DNA of 64,000 nt, taken from the NCBI GenBank assembly GCA_030704615.1, contig CM060731.1, positions 48,856,001-48,920,000 on the forward strand, in the 5' to 3' direction. The DNA is from Takakia lepidozioides (lineage: Eukaryota > Plantae > Bryophyta). Under the pieces are notes generated by a model. It did not search any database and was not told the origin of the DNA. It saw only the letters and a program-made list of their open reading frames with translations. Shown here one piece after another: positions 36,076-48,882 of the stretch (position 1 is its first letter; each line of letters begins with the position of its first letter). A program made the translations under genes and the position numbers.

Positions 36076-36797
36076 ACCAATCCGACATTACCTGACTACA
36101 GACACAAGCAACACACACAAGAGGTCCTTTTAGGTTGATGGTCGGTCAAATCCTCCATGGGTCAGGATAGGTCAAGGACAATGTGGTAGGGCACCTTCTT
36201 CTTCAACCTATTTCAGCCCGTGTTGCCCTCTCATCAGACTCGGCCGCAAGATGCATATTGAATTCTGTAAGTTAGGTCGTTGGGTAGATCTGTGGTGGTT
36301 TGGAGTGACTTTGGCAAGTTACTACCACTGTGGCAACAGGGAAGTATCCAAAAACATATAATAGAGGTGAGGAGAAGCTTTGGGGTGAACACTTTCCGAC
36401 CCCAGTCAATGGTGGGACAATGGAGACAAAAAGGCGAATGCCTGTTGGACTACAGAGAGAAGCAGATGCATTTCAGATTGTGATAAGTAGGGTCGGGGTG
36501 TTTTGGGGAAGAACTCCATATCAGTATGGTTGGGGTGTTTGCTGGTAGAATTCTAGGCTGTCAGAGGCATGGATAGCTGAAGGAGCAGGGATAGAGTGTG
36601 GGTCCATATTCATCCAAGAGGGCTGGATTTCAAGCTCCACATTACCTATGATTCCCTGTGGAAGGATAGCTACAAGAAACCTACATGGGTAGATGGTCAA
36701 CTGGAAGCGGCAGCAGCAACGGCACAATTGATAAGGTCAGGTACTTCTACTGAAGGCACCTCCTTCAGCACATTTCACCCTGTTTTTTCCTCTTATC
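36076..36797 (+). pseudogene. OSB-type PDF motif exons in CACTA 2 (first cluster)
   Basis: 36076: TNPTLPDYRHK..TQEVL.VDGRSNPPWV (frameshifted). Exon A ..DPSQWWDNGDKK ends at 36433. Exon B IHPRGLDFKLHITYDSLWKDSYKKPTWVDGQLE starts at 36608. Splice sites are partly mutated. Confidence 0.78.
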
Positions 36798-37669
36798 CGT
36801 TTCTTGCGAGCTGTCTTCTCTTATCTGTTTGTCTGCCCAGTCTTCAGTGAATGCGTCAAGGCTTTGTGTTTTGGCTTCTTCCTCGCTTTTGTCACCCTCT
36901 CCCATGAATATCTCTGGTTGGCGCTCAAACCCTGTTGAGCTGTAGATGTTGTCCATGCCAATGCATTCTTCTTCACCAAATCCATGTTTTTGCCCTAAAT
37001 CATTGATGTCTTGGCTGGATTTCTGCAGAATAGGCATCCCATCCCCTATTTCGGCCTTCTTTGCACTTTCCCGTGTCAACATGTTGATGTGGGGTGTTGT
37101 TGTAGTCTTATTGGAGTGTGATCACTTATATGGTATATCTCGTCCAACTCATCCAGTGCCTCCACTCATTATGAGTGAACTAACATGACACTTGTGCTAT
37201 TGGTTGCATCATGTACTCCGTGCTTGGCAGTGGGTAAGCTTCTCCTCCTTCCACGTACTCGTTGATCACTCCAAAAGGTACTCCATACATCTTCCCTTGA
37301 GGTCCTACCCCTTTTTTTGCTTCTGTGATTGTTTCAGCTTTGCTGAAAGTTTGCCAAGACCCATGTTGGGTTAGTGTGTGACGACTGTGTCTCATGTTAT
37401 TACAGATTTTGCACAGTGTTCTTTGTTTGGGCCTTCTGATGCCTTGTCTGATGGACTCAAGTTTGTCAAAATCAATTTGTATCCACTCTGCTTCCATGTT
37501 GTTGCTGTCAGCAGCTTGTTCTTCTGCCAGCTGAAGCCCGACAGGGCCTGGGTCTTCCCTTATGCCCGCATCAGAGCATTTCCCAATGTCTGTAGTTGCT
37601 TCATCCTTCCTCAACTCCGCCCTCTCTTTGGCAGGTTGCGCACCTTCACCTCCACCTCCACCTTCACCT

Positions 37670-37882
37670 CCATGGTGACATCATCAAAGCTGGAATTGTA
37701 CCAGATGTCATTCTGAACACTGCCCTGGTGGACATGTATGCGAAATGTGGGTGCATTAAGGATGCGAAGGGAGTTTTCAACACTATGGCTGAACGAGATG
37801 TGGTGTCATGGAACGCGATGCTTGCAGGGTATGCAGAGCAGGGACATGGTATGGAGACCTATGATCAAATGATGGGGGAAGG
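37670..37882 (+). pseudogene. PLS-PPR fragment in CACTA 2
   Basis: HGDIIKAGIVPDVILNTALVDMYAKCG..DVVSWNAMLAGYA, closely related to 19150-20340. Confidence 0.88.
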
Positions 37883-38612
37883 GGGCACCTTCTTCAATAG
37901 CTCACAGCGGCTACAAGTGGGTAGATGGTCAACTGGAAACAGCAGCGGCAACAGCACAATTCATAAAACAAGGCGCTGCTAATGAAGGTACATTCTTCAA
38001 CATATTTCACCTTGTTTTCCCTGCTATCAGAGTCGTTCCTAAATTTTAATGTTGAATTCTGCAAGTTAGCTCGTTGGTGGATCTATGGTAGTTTTGGAGT
38101 GATTTTGATATGTTACTGCCAATGTGGTCGACAGGAAAGTATTAATAAATAGATAACAGAGACTCGAGGAGAAGCTCTAGGATGAATACGTTCCCGACCT
38201 CAGTCAATGGTGGAACAATCGAGGCAAAAAGTGAATGTCTGTTGGAAGCAGACGCAAGTCAGCATAGGAACTAGTGTGATAAGTAGGGTTGGGGTGTTTG
38301 CTCAAGCAATTCTAGGCTGTCATTGTCAGCTGCTAGCAGCAAGGCGAGGATGTATGCATGATTTGTGCAGGGGCATGGATAGCTGAAGGAGCAGGATAGA
38401 TGTGTGGGTCCAGATTCATCCAAGAGGGCCGGATTTCAAGCTCCATATTACCTATGATTCCATGTGGAAGGATAGGTACAAGAAACCTGCATGGGTAGAT
38501 GGTCAACTGGAAGCCGCAGCAGCAGCGGCACAATTGATCAAATCAGGCACTGTTAATCAAGGCACCTTCTTCAACACATTTCACCCTGTTTTTCCCTCTT
38601 ATCAAATCGGCC
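37883..38612 (+). pseudogene. OSB-type PDF motif exons in CACTA 2 (second cluster)
   Basis: Exon A ..SQWWNNRGKK at about 38165-38230. Exon B CAG|IHPRGPDFKLHITYDSMWKDRYKKPAWVDGQLE starts at 38414. Confidence 0.8.
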
Positions 38613-41600
38613 GTAAGTATTGCACTGTTTAACAGGGTCCTTGATTCTAGTAGCATCAGAACAAACTAGTATTACAACAATTCAGCCCATGTGTGGGCTT
38701 GCTTATTTTTTGCTTACTGGACCTTTTCAGGCATGGATTTTTGGACCTTGTGACCTTTGAGGTGTCCATTGGGACATTGGTCTCCTTTGGATTTTTGTAA
38801 TATCATTTACACGGCGTGTATTCCCCTGTACTTGTCTATTTTGAATGTCCTTGTGGTTGCTAGTATGCAAGAGGGGTCCATTCTGTTTTTATATCAGAAT
38901 TTCACCATGTAATGAAGAATTTAAATCATTTAATCTATTTTTATTTTGTATAACATTATTAAATTAAACAATAATACCATTTAAAATTTTCCAAGCTGTT
39001 ATCCCCTGTTTTCAAAATTAAAATATAAATTTAAGAATTTAAAATTACAAATATAACTATTAAATTATTTTTAGAGACATTCTTGATGACACATGGCATA
39101 AACCCTGCCATATATGCTAGTCATATATTATGTCTAAGTGCCACATGTCACATCTGAAGTGCAACAGGTGTCGTGAGGTGTCGCTTGCGTAGTGGTGCAC
39201 GTGTTTCTCTAAAGCCTCTCCATGTAGGCAATGCTCATCAGACAATGTAGCCATATAGTTAGTCGTATGTAAGTCATAGAGTTATAACTACATCACTCTC
39301 TTATGCATGACTCCAGGTGTCACGCACGCAGTCACGGCTATGACTTGCAAAATGCAGTCCTAAAGACTAGTCGCTATGACAGGGTTTTTTTCACTACAGA
39401 GTGATATAGTCATGAACGCATATAGGACTGAAAAAATAGTCATATGTGCAGTCATAAAAACGCTCATATATTGTAGTGCGAATCTAAACTATGGAACCCA
39501 TCACTGAGATGGATGACACATGGCTTTAAACACAAGTCACTGGGCTCACCTCTTTGGAGAGCTATATGGACAATCTGGAACTCAATCAGGCCTCGTCTGG
39601 TTAAAAATGACCCCCAAACTTACGAGGAAACAATGCGCCAATATCTCACCCTCAACTCGAATACTCCTTCCGCAACAGAAAGAGCCTCTGCAGCCATATT
39701 CTCAGCCTGGGATAGATTACACATCACTCAGATAAAAGACATTTGGTGTGGGCAAGCCTTCTTATCCCAAGACCAAATCAATGACATCATAGGTACTCAA
39801 AGATGCATATCGGGCTACCAACTGCTTCTGCAAAGGATTCCAGACACTTGGAAACAACTCTCATTTCGGGGCCAGATCAAGGTAGCCCTAGCAATTGGGT
39901 CACCTATTCCAATTCCCCAAACCATGTCATATACATTACTGAAACGAAATCAGGCCATTTCTCGGGGCAAGTTCTTGACAGAATTGGAACTATCCAACTA
40001 GCTCAGGATTCATTCACTGTTTCCCATACAAATCTCCGGTGGTCATCTGCCGACAAAGATGTGAACCCTTCCGCGCCTCTTGACCAGACACCGGTTACCT
40101 GGCTATCCTCAAACTTGTCCTTTGGGTGGAAGGAGGTCCTCTCATGGGGCTGGCCATTGACCCTAAGGAGTGGTCATGGGACATTGGCACCTCTCGCCCT
40201 CTGTTCTTTAATTATTCTACCAAAGCAGCATACCGCTCACTGCTTAAAACACCCCAATTCCAAATCAAATGGTCCTCCAAGTGGGCATGTCATGGCCTCC
40301 AACAGGCTAGATGGAACCTTATCTAGCCAACATTTGGAATAAGCTCAGACCTGCAAAAGTGGCCGCATTTCTATGCCAAATGGCAAACCGGGTTCTCAAG
40401 GTGGGGAGGCCCTCACAAGTTTACTAAACCCTGGCTATCCTTTTCAGAGGCATTACTATGCAAATGTTGCAGCTTAGGTATGGCAGAATCTCTTGAGCAT
40501 TGCCTCCTTCATTGCAACATACCCTAAGAAACCTGGCCTCGTCTCATCCCCATTATGAATATTTGGAAACCAGGGTCACCATCCACAATTCAAAATCTAC
40601 TAAACTATGACGTTCTGTATCACCGGATCTATTGTCATTGTCCCGTCTTTGAATCCTTCAGATCAATAACACTATGGAATATCTGGAAGGTCAGATGCAA
40701 CTGGTCCTTCACTACAGAGAGGACATGTCTCTCTATGCTGTTAGCCACCATCTTTCATGAAGTTCAAATTGAGGCAAGGAATGCTTGGGTGAAAATGATT
40801 GCAGACATCAGCAGGGATCTGGACGCTGAACCTGGGATCTTCCGTAAATTCCAATCTTCATGGGGTAAGGTCGACATCATATGCAGCAGCTCTTTGTCGA
40901 GATGCTGCCAATGGACCAGGAACCCTCCAATCAGTTGGCAAAGAACAACAACGCCACCTCCAGGACTCACCTAAGTTTGACAGGGAAATTAATTGGAAAC
41001 ATGTCAACGATAGACACTCCACCAGGCTCAGCTTTGATCATTCATAAACTTCACCAACTCATTCCCCTCACCTGCCTTCTTCTCTTTCACTATTTGTTGG
41101 CTGCCACTTGCAGGGCTCCCCTAGGCTACCTCACGTCCTCTCCCACTCCTCCCTCACCTCTTCAGCCAATTATACCTTCACAATCTATCCCCATGGGGTT
41201 ACTTCCCATTCAGTCGGTCTAGACTGATGTCTCTCCCCTTGCTGGAATTGCAGGGCTCCTGTAGGCCTCCTCTCGATCTCATCGACTCTCAATGGCTTTT
41301 TTAGTTGAGCCTCTCATGATAGTTTCTCACTTCTGCAAGACTCTCTGTCCCCCAATCGGCCGGTCCAGGATGGTATTCTCTTAGCAGAGTTTCGAAAGCT
41401 CTTTCATTTGCTCTTTAGATCGGAGGTAGGGTTGTAGCTGGTCTACTTAACTATCCTCCTTACCAATTTTTGCCCACAATCGAGAGCTCACAACTCGTGG
41501 TCTCTGGTTCAGTCGTAGCTCGTTCCTAGGTAACAATCTAGGGAAATAGCTATAATTTTCATCTGGTAGGATGGTTCTTTCTCATTATGGATCTTTGGGT

Positions 41601-42042
41601 TCGTCCCGCACCAACTGGTGGGACGTGACTTCCGCGTGAGCGCAGGCTCACACCAGCTGATGTGGCGTGAGTGTGGGGTCACGCTGGCGTGGCGAGGGCC
41701 TGCTGACATGTTGTTATCCTGCTGATGTGGCAGTCGTCTGAATGACGTGGCATTTGGACAACTTGCCAGATGTCATGTCATTAAAAACATATAGCACCTA
41801 TAGCCGAGGGGCCTATAGCCGTGGCATTCATTCATCCAAAACACCAAAAATTAATGACTTGTGAAAGCATTTGCATCCATTCCATTTATTTTCAAACGAC
41901 TACACACAAGAAAGAAATGGCACACATTGCACAACATAATTGGAGGCTGCACTGGCAAATATACGAAGGGACATCAAGTTCAAGTTTCAATTCTTGTGAA
42001 ATCCAGTAGTGGAAATTGCAGATGACCAAAGTGAAGAGGATG

Positions 42043-43400
42043 CTATGTGCTCCTATCCCGCTGCATAAGTGTATTCACCTCGTTGAAACTCATGGTGGCC
42101 TGGTGAATGAAGATGTCGCGTCTGGGATCACAAACCATTCTGTTCAAGAAGATAAAATACAGATTCTTGCAGGGTATAAATTTTCCTATCTTTCCCAAAC
42201 TTGTTATAAGCATGCCAACAAAATCAGGACAAGTGCAATTGGGGAAATTTGAAACTGTTATGTCGTACAATTGCATAGCGGATGTGGAGGTCATCATAGT
42301 GTAGATTGTCCATACCCGGGATGTGGAACTTCCGTAGTGCCTGTAACACGACCTTGAAGCATTCGAGCGGATTCCACCTTGCCGAAGTATTCGGCAGTCG
42401 GAGGGAAAAGACAAACCAGCTTCCCATTTTGTTTTGTTGGCCATGCATCAGCGTTGGGTGGTGGCACTCGAGAACTTACTGAAGTAGAAGCACCTGCATG
42501 TATAGAGGGGGCTCGCTGAAGGGAGAAGCCTGCCTCCTCCAACATGGCAATCTCTTGAGTTATGAAATGTGTCCCCACCTCACAGGCCAAATGATTAGTG
42601 GAAGAGGCTTCATGACCACCGATGGTCGCACAGTCCCACGCACACACCTACCACAGTTGTCAAGGCAGAACCAGAATTAGTGGTTCTTTGCCTTTGCTTG
42701 CCCGTAAGGCCGGAACAAACCAGTGAAGGTCGGAGCCAGAATGCAGACCTTGCCTTTGGATATGGAGGACTTGCACTTCTCACGATTGGTGGCTCTGATT
42801 GCAGTGCACTTCACTCGAGACCCAGCACTGGTGTGTTCTATGTGCCAGACTTTGTCATGGCACATGGACTCCACCACATTGGGGAGGACGTTCGACTCCT
42901 GCACCCCATTGCATTGACAGTGGGAGATGCCTGGGTCTGGCTTTGTAAGAAAGGTTCCTCTACACTGGACATTCCGGAAACAAATCTCTGATGCAATTGA
43001 ACACACGGAGTGGAGAAGTTGTCCCTGTCCGGCCTGTGCGAGTCCGTATCCGAACCAGGAGGGGTGTTCAATTTCCATTTACAAGAGCCGAATCTCTCCT
43101 CGCCCTCCAGATGCGGAACTCTGGACACCGGATGAGCTCCCTCCGCACACATGCTGACAGCCCTGGCTATCTTGTTGGGATCCCCCGATCTTCTTGTGGC
43201 TTGCAACATCAACTCAGACTTGTTGGGACCATTGCCACCAACGCCACCCCGCAAGAACTCCCGGTATCTCGTTTGTTGCTATAGAGCTCGTATTTGATCA
43301 ACTTCCCGTCAATACCGTAAACCTCTCTTTCGAGGAAGACAGTGCCAATCTGGTACTCAAAACGTGTTGCTAGGAGATGTTCCTCCGCAATTGCAAAACC
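42043..43400 (-). pseudogene. C-terminal remnant of a MULE-associated protein with a SWIM-type zinc finger
   Basis: YDITVSNFPNCTCPDF..FIPCKNLYFIF matches SWIM CxCxnCxH with H changed to N. Frameshifted; no DDE core recognised. Confidence 0.65.
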
Positions 43401-43959
43401 ATTGTCATCGGCATCCTTCAAGAAATGGACAGGTTTCTCGGCAGGTTGAAGCTGACCAAGAGAGGCACATCCTGGAGTTGCAACAAACGGTCATGGCCAA
43501 TAGAAATGAAATCTCGGTCACTAACAAGGCTTGGAAGGAAGCCAATAATCTGCTTGCTGCCTATGCGAATTTGGTTGAACCTCATGCGAAGCACATGGAG
43601 GCTTTACAACAGCAGTTAGATGTGTACAAACTCAGAGAGGAGCACACTGACCGTTCAATGGTGAGGGTTTTGCCATGTAGAAATACCAAATGAGAGCCAT
43701 TTTTCGTGGCAAAGAATTGTGGGGTATAGTGGATGGGACAGTAGTTCGAGAGCCAGTTGGGGATAATGTCGTACCAACCATTCTTGTTGAGATAGCTGCC
43801 TAGGACAAGAAGAGTCAGGCGCTTGGAATACCTTATCAAGCCCTTGATAGGAGACTGCCGAAGAACTCGATGAGCTGTGATACTTCCTTTGCCTTCTGAA
43901 AGAAGTTGTTGAATCTCTAGTGCAACTAGCTAGTTACTGTTTACTTAGTCAATCTTCAG

Positions 43960-46843
43960 TCAGATTGTATTCTTCATATCGACAATGAGTTTCATTTGCT
44001 CAACATTCTCTTCCTCTGCCTTCGTACATTTTTCCGCTTGACTGTTTATTTCTTTTGTAGATTGGTCAAGCATAGTTGTGAGTGTAGCACATTGTATGGC
44101 CATCCTGTCATGCACTGTCTGCAACTCCATATGTAGTGCATTCACTTCTTGTAACTTGCTTTCATGCTTCACCTGCATTTGGTATAGTTGTTGCTTATGT
44201 GCTTCGTGCAAGTGGTCTTGTGCGAGGCATGCCTCAATCAATTGTTCCTTGGCCAATTGCAAAGCCGCTTCTTTACTCTCCAAGTCTTGCTGCATCTTGA
44301 GAGTCACCTCTTCATCGACCTTGTTTGCACACTCTGTGGCAAGTTGAGCCTCAAACTCTTTCTTGAGTTCCTCCCTCAAAGCTGCCAATTGAGTAGTGGG
44401 AACATGGGATTTGACATAAGTACCCAACAAATTCAGTGTCCTGTTTATGGAACTCATAAGCATAGCCTGTTGAGGGTCATCTTGGTGAGCTTGCTGCTGT
44501 TCTCCCTGATCCGCAACAATGTGATGCCTTACGAACCATTCAAGCCATTGCCCCACCATATTTTCTTCCTGAACCACTTCATTCGTCACCGGTGCTGCAG
44601 TGTTTTGACATTCTACCTGTGGTACCTCCGTCACAGGTGTGTGTATTATATGCACCGCAAGGTTTCCCTTGGACAACCGTTGCACCTCCGGAATCACTGT
44701 GTCCTTGACCATACCAGAATATTCATAGAGAAGGTCCCCCTTCTCAATTTCTGCCACCACCTGTTCTGGAGTGGGAATATCTAACCCTTCTTTTTCTAAA
44801 TCAATTATTTCTAGTTGATCTGCATGGATAACTTGTGGTAACTTTGTGACAAGCCGATCCTCTGGCTGTGATGGCTGTGATACTGAAGTAACTTCCTCTT
44901 CCCTCTCTGAAGGTCCTGCTTCCAGTAATAGCAGTTCTCTGTGCTGCTGTGCCCCTTCCTGCACAAAAACTTGGGAAACATTATCATGCGGATTCCGTGA
45001 AGCCAGTGGATCCGCCACTACAGTCTTTCCCCGCCTCTGTCTCTTATTCTCGGGTTGCCCTGCCAGTCCACCCTCACTGTGTGAAGAGCCTTGCTCTTCC
45101 ATTGCAGTGGTTTCTGGCTCAAACACTCCCATTTCCTTTCTTTCTCGCGCATCAAGTATGCCAGAATCAAGAATTATTTGAGCAATGATTGGGCCAGACA
45201 CTATGATAGGAGACTTTGCGGCAGTACCCTGTAATCTTTTCATCTCCTCTACCAGTGCGTTGTACATTATGTCCGCCTATTCTACCTCTTCTCCTCTCAG
45301 GGCTTTGAGTATTTCTTCTGTGAAGGATCTGCTCAAATACCTCCCTTAGCCCTGGGTACACGGCCTTGGTACAAGCATAACCCTGAGTTTTAAAGAAACT
45401 CCCTTCTTGGAATAAGTCCCCTATTTGCAGTCTTGCCCTGTGCTCCTCCACATGCACCTGGCCTGCTGGCAATCGAAACAATTGCTGTAGGTATAGGGGA
45501 GTAATTACTAATTCAACTCCCTTCACCGTTGTTGCTCCTGTCCTTGGCTCAAAGTTCTGCAAGAATTGTAACATGTATTGTCTATGGTGCAATGTCCAAT
45601 CTTTGCTTTGCAATCCTTGCAATCTCAGCTCCTTCTGTATCGCCTGTGGAGTAGCAATCGTTTGTTTCTGCAGGATTGTGGTGCTCTTCACCCTGATTTC
45701 CTCCATTCCTCTCACTCTCTTTATTCTAGACCCACAGAAATGTTTTGGCTGTAACAATTGAAGAAATGCCTGCAGGGCACAAAGCATAAACGTATGGTTG
45801 CTACAAAAAACTATGGGTAATTTGTTGTAAGCCTGCGGGGCTTGCAAGCATCGATCAAGAGAAAAGATCCGCTCTGTTCTTTCGTCCCTATGCCACTGCG
45901 TAAGTAATATTGCGAGCGTATAGTCTGTTAGTTCCTCCATAGCTTCAAAGCTATAGCATTGATGGTTTGTCCCGTCGAGACGCCTGTTACTTAGAACGAC
46001 GCCGACTCTTGCGCTTAAATTGCCTCCAATTTCTTGATTTCTTTTCTGGCTTTCGATTGGCTGTAACCGCTGAGACTGGATTTTAGATTTAATTTTCTTT
46101 AGTGGACATTCCTTGCTGGACTGTCCACTAGGATAACACATGTGACAAGAATTTTGCTTTTCTGTACTTGCCGTTTGTTCTGTTGCCCCTTTTTCGTATT
46201 CATTAATGGGCCCGCCATTCATCCGAATTGACGTGCTAATTAGGTATTTTGACGGCCATTCTTGTCCTCTTTCTTGATGACATCCGTTCTTGCACTTCCT
46301 TCTTAGCTGTGTGTTGCGCCCTGACTTCCACATGTTCTTTTCTGAACTGACTTCCGTCCTTTCTTCCGCCGGCCATTTCCCTGAAGTTATCCTGCGTCCA
46401 CCTGTCACTGATTCTATGGATTGTGTAACCCTAGTAGGCTGTGTTGAGCTGTGACAGGCTGTGTTATACTGTGGTACGCCGTGATACGCTGTGTTGTACT
46501 GTGGTAAGCTGTGATAGGTTGTGACACGCTGTGGTAGGTTGTGATAGGCTGTATTGGTCCGTGCTGGGCTGTGATATGCTGTGTCGTACCGTGATGGGCT
46601 GTGATAGGCTGTGTCGCGCTTGTTCTGCCCGCCCTGGTCATATATGCTCGGCCTAGCGACAAGTGCTCCATACTCCGTTGGTATCACTGGTGCAGCCCGT
46701 GACTGCTTTTGCGTTTCAACATGCAAATCATGCTGCAATGGTTTGTCATGGATACCACTATACCCCTTCAACTTATTAGCATTGACTCTTCCCAGCATCT
46801 CTTTGTTAATGGTTTGTAACATGGCGGTGTTGTTATCATACAT
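43960..46843 (-). mobile_element. Retroelement-derived insert: gag-like remnant fused to a plant-transposon accessory domain and a coiled-coil ORF
   Basis: Degenerate knuckle CHMCYPSGQSSKECP. QFLQNF..VKGVELVITPLYLQQLFRLP resembles Tat/Athila accessory ORFs. The 435-aa ORF has a heptad-rich Q/E/L C-terminus. Confidence 0.45.
46435..46620 (-). repeat. 30-bp coding minisatellite (about 6 copies of a TAYH-type 10-aa repeat)
   Basis: TAYHSPSRYD-TAYHSPARTN-TAYHNLPQRV-TTYHSLPQYN-TAYHGVPQYN-TACHS in ORF 45167-46843. Confidence 0.85.
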
Positions 46844-48882
46844 CTTTTGTATGACATAAGGTCATTTCCATGGTGATTTAAGCTTAGAAGCTTTAATCTT
46901 TCCTTTCTTCCGCTTCAGAGGAACCCATGCATGAGAAATTTTGAGCCACTGGAAGCCTCAAAGTGCATAGTCCCATGACTTGTGTGTGGATTCTTGTTAC
47001 AAACGACAGTGGGGATTACATTTCTACGCCGTTAGAGTTCGCACCGATACTAACGAGGCCATCCTGTCATCGTCTTTTATGTCCCAAACCGTTAATATGG
47101 AAGGTTGAGCCTAAACCCAGATATTTGAAAAGCTGACATACCGTTAAAGAGTCTTCTAAAAATGGTTGTTAAGCAGTTATGTGCCTGTACCGACCTAAGT
47201 GAAAAGATGGCAGAGACAAAAGTATTGGAATCCAATGTCATCCCAACTTGTTGAGGCACGTGGAACCCGACAATACAATATTGAGTGCAGGGTTGCAGAA
47301 AATTCGGCGGAGAACCAATGATGCGTGGCATATTGTGCCACATATGAAGATTTCAAACCGGGAAAAACTGGCAAAAACTAGCCTAATAACTCATCCATCC
47401 AAATTGAATCTATCACCAAGCAATAGTACTACTAATGGCCATACCTAATTAGTTCAAGATGGCGGCCACTGCCGAAATGACAAATGTGCCTTTGCAAGGT
47501 GGACACGTATGTCGTGAACACATGCATAACGAGATCGAGGCCCCGGGTGGTACTAATCGCACGACGTCTCGCAGCCCAGTAGTTCGTGATTTTCAAGCTG
47601 GAGAGTAGCAGGAGATTGAGTTCCCAGCAAGAGAGTGGAAGGCGTAGAAGATAGTCTTCATTTTTCACTTCAGCGAGAGACAAGAAGAAGGCGAGAGAGA
47701 GAATGAGAGGTCGCAAGCTCAACATGACGCTGAAGGAGATACCAGAGGAGAGCGCTGCCCTGGAAACAGAGCACATGGCGGAGGAGGACCAGCCGCGCGG
47801 AGAAGCTGGTGAACGAGGGGAGGAAACAGCAACAGAGGACGACCCTGACGACATGGACACAGAGGAGCCCGACACCCTTTTGAGGAAGCGACGCCGAAGG
47901 GGAAGAAGGCTGCGCAGATGGGGATGACGACTACGATTGTGGCTCAAGCAGAGGCATCTGGGAGTGCTCCTCCCAAATGACCGAAGGTGATTCTCTCATT
48001 TCTCTTTATTGTAGGCAGTGGAGAAGGCATGAAAAATGTGTTCGTTGACCCACGCAATTTTTATGCCCTTTTTACTTCTGTTTTCTGTGTCAGCATTCTG
48101 TGTTAGCATTGTCAGATCTGTATGAGGGCTCATAGAAGTGTAGACGATAGAGAAAACATGGTGCTCTCAATTCAGACATGTTCTTTCGCTGGACCTTTCA
48201 TTCTGCACATAGTTGTCCACATTTTCTGAACCGCAGAGACCGAAGGATGAGAGAAGGGCAATGCGAGCATCCCCAAAAATTGCGTGTTCTCACACTGTCA
48301 CACCCTGCACTTCTCTCACTGTATTATCAAGGGAGGTGAATGAAGGGGAGAAAAAGAACCCCCTCAAAATTGAGTGCAGTGACGCACGCAGCGAGAGACG
48401 TCTTTCAAACTTCAAAAATTGAATGTGTTTACGGAGCTCTTTTATGAGTGAAGAAATTGGGTGTGTTGATGCACTCAGTTCTAGGCAGGAAAGGAGGGAG
48501 AAATCCAAAAAAACAAAAAAAACAAAAAAAACATATTTGTTATTTTTTAATTTTTAATTTTTTAATTTTCCACTTGTGGCCCTCCAAAATTGAGTGCGTT
48601 GACGCACACAGTTTCAGAGGGCCACAAACGCAGCTGTGGTTCGTCCCTCTTGAGTCATGCTTCTGGTTTTGGAGGATAGTTCATGTTTGCTGCCTGTCTA
48701 GACACGCTTACTTCCATTGGGCAAATCAAAACCCTTCACAACTGAGTGCGTTGACTCGCTCAATTTCAGAGGGTCTGGTACCTGATGTTTTGTCTGTCCT
48801 TCCATTGAGATTAGCTTCCGGTTTTGGGGGGGGGGGGGGGGGATTCCTCTTTTGGTGTCTGTATGGACATGCTTGTTGGCAG

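Larger units (their letters stand above)
35409..39478. mobile_element. Non-autonomous gene-carrying CACTA element 2
   Basis: TIRs CACTACAAGAGATGAGCGTTTTTAGGACT and (reverse complement) CACTACAATATATGAGCGTTTTTATGACT. 3-bp TSD CGA (35406-35408, 39479-39481). TATGACT/AGTCATA subterminal repeats. Confidence 0.93.
35345..41619 (+). mobile_element. Second LINE (3' half of ORF2 plus 3' UTR), split by CACTA element 2; tail resumes at 50846-50932
   Basis: The frame reads through the CACTA site (WWKHLV..NSSPLE-SKLWNPSLRWMTHG). zf-RVT CKCCSLGMAESLEHCLLHC. Tail TTATGGCC..GGTTTTATTTTTCC..AATAAA plus an A-rich end after the MULE. Confidence 0.8.

Noticed and set aside
36798-37630. Zinc-finger gene (CKICNNMRHSRH) inside CACTA 2
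   Set aside because: Fragmentary and frameshifted, family unrecognised; treated as unassigned filler.
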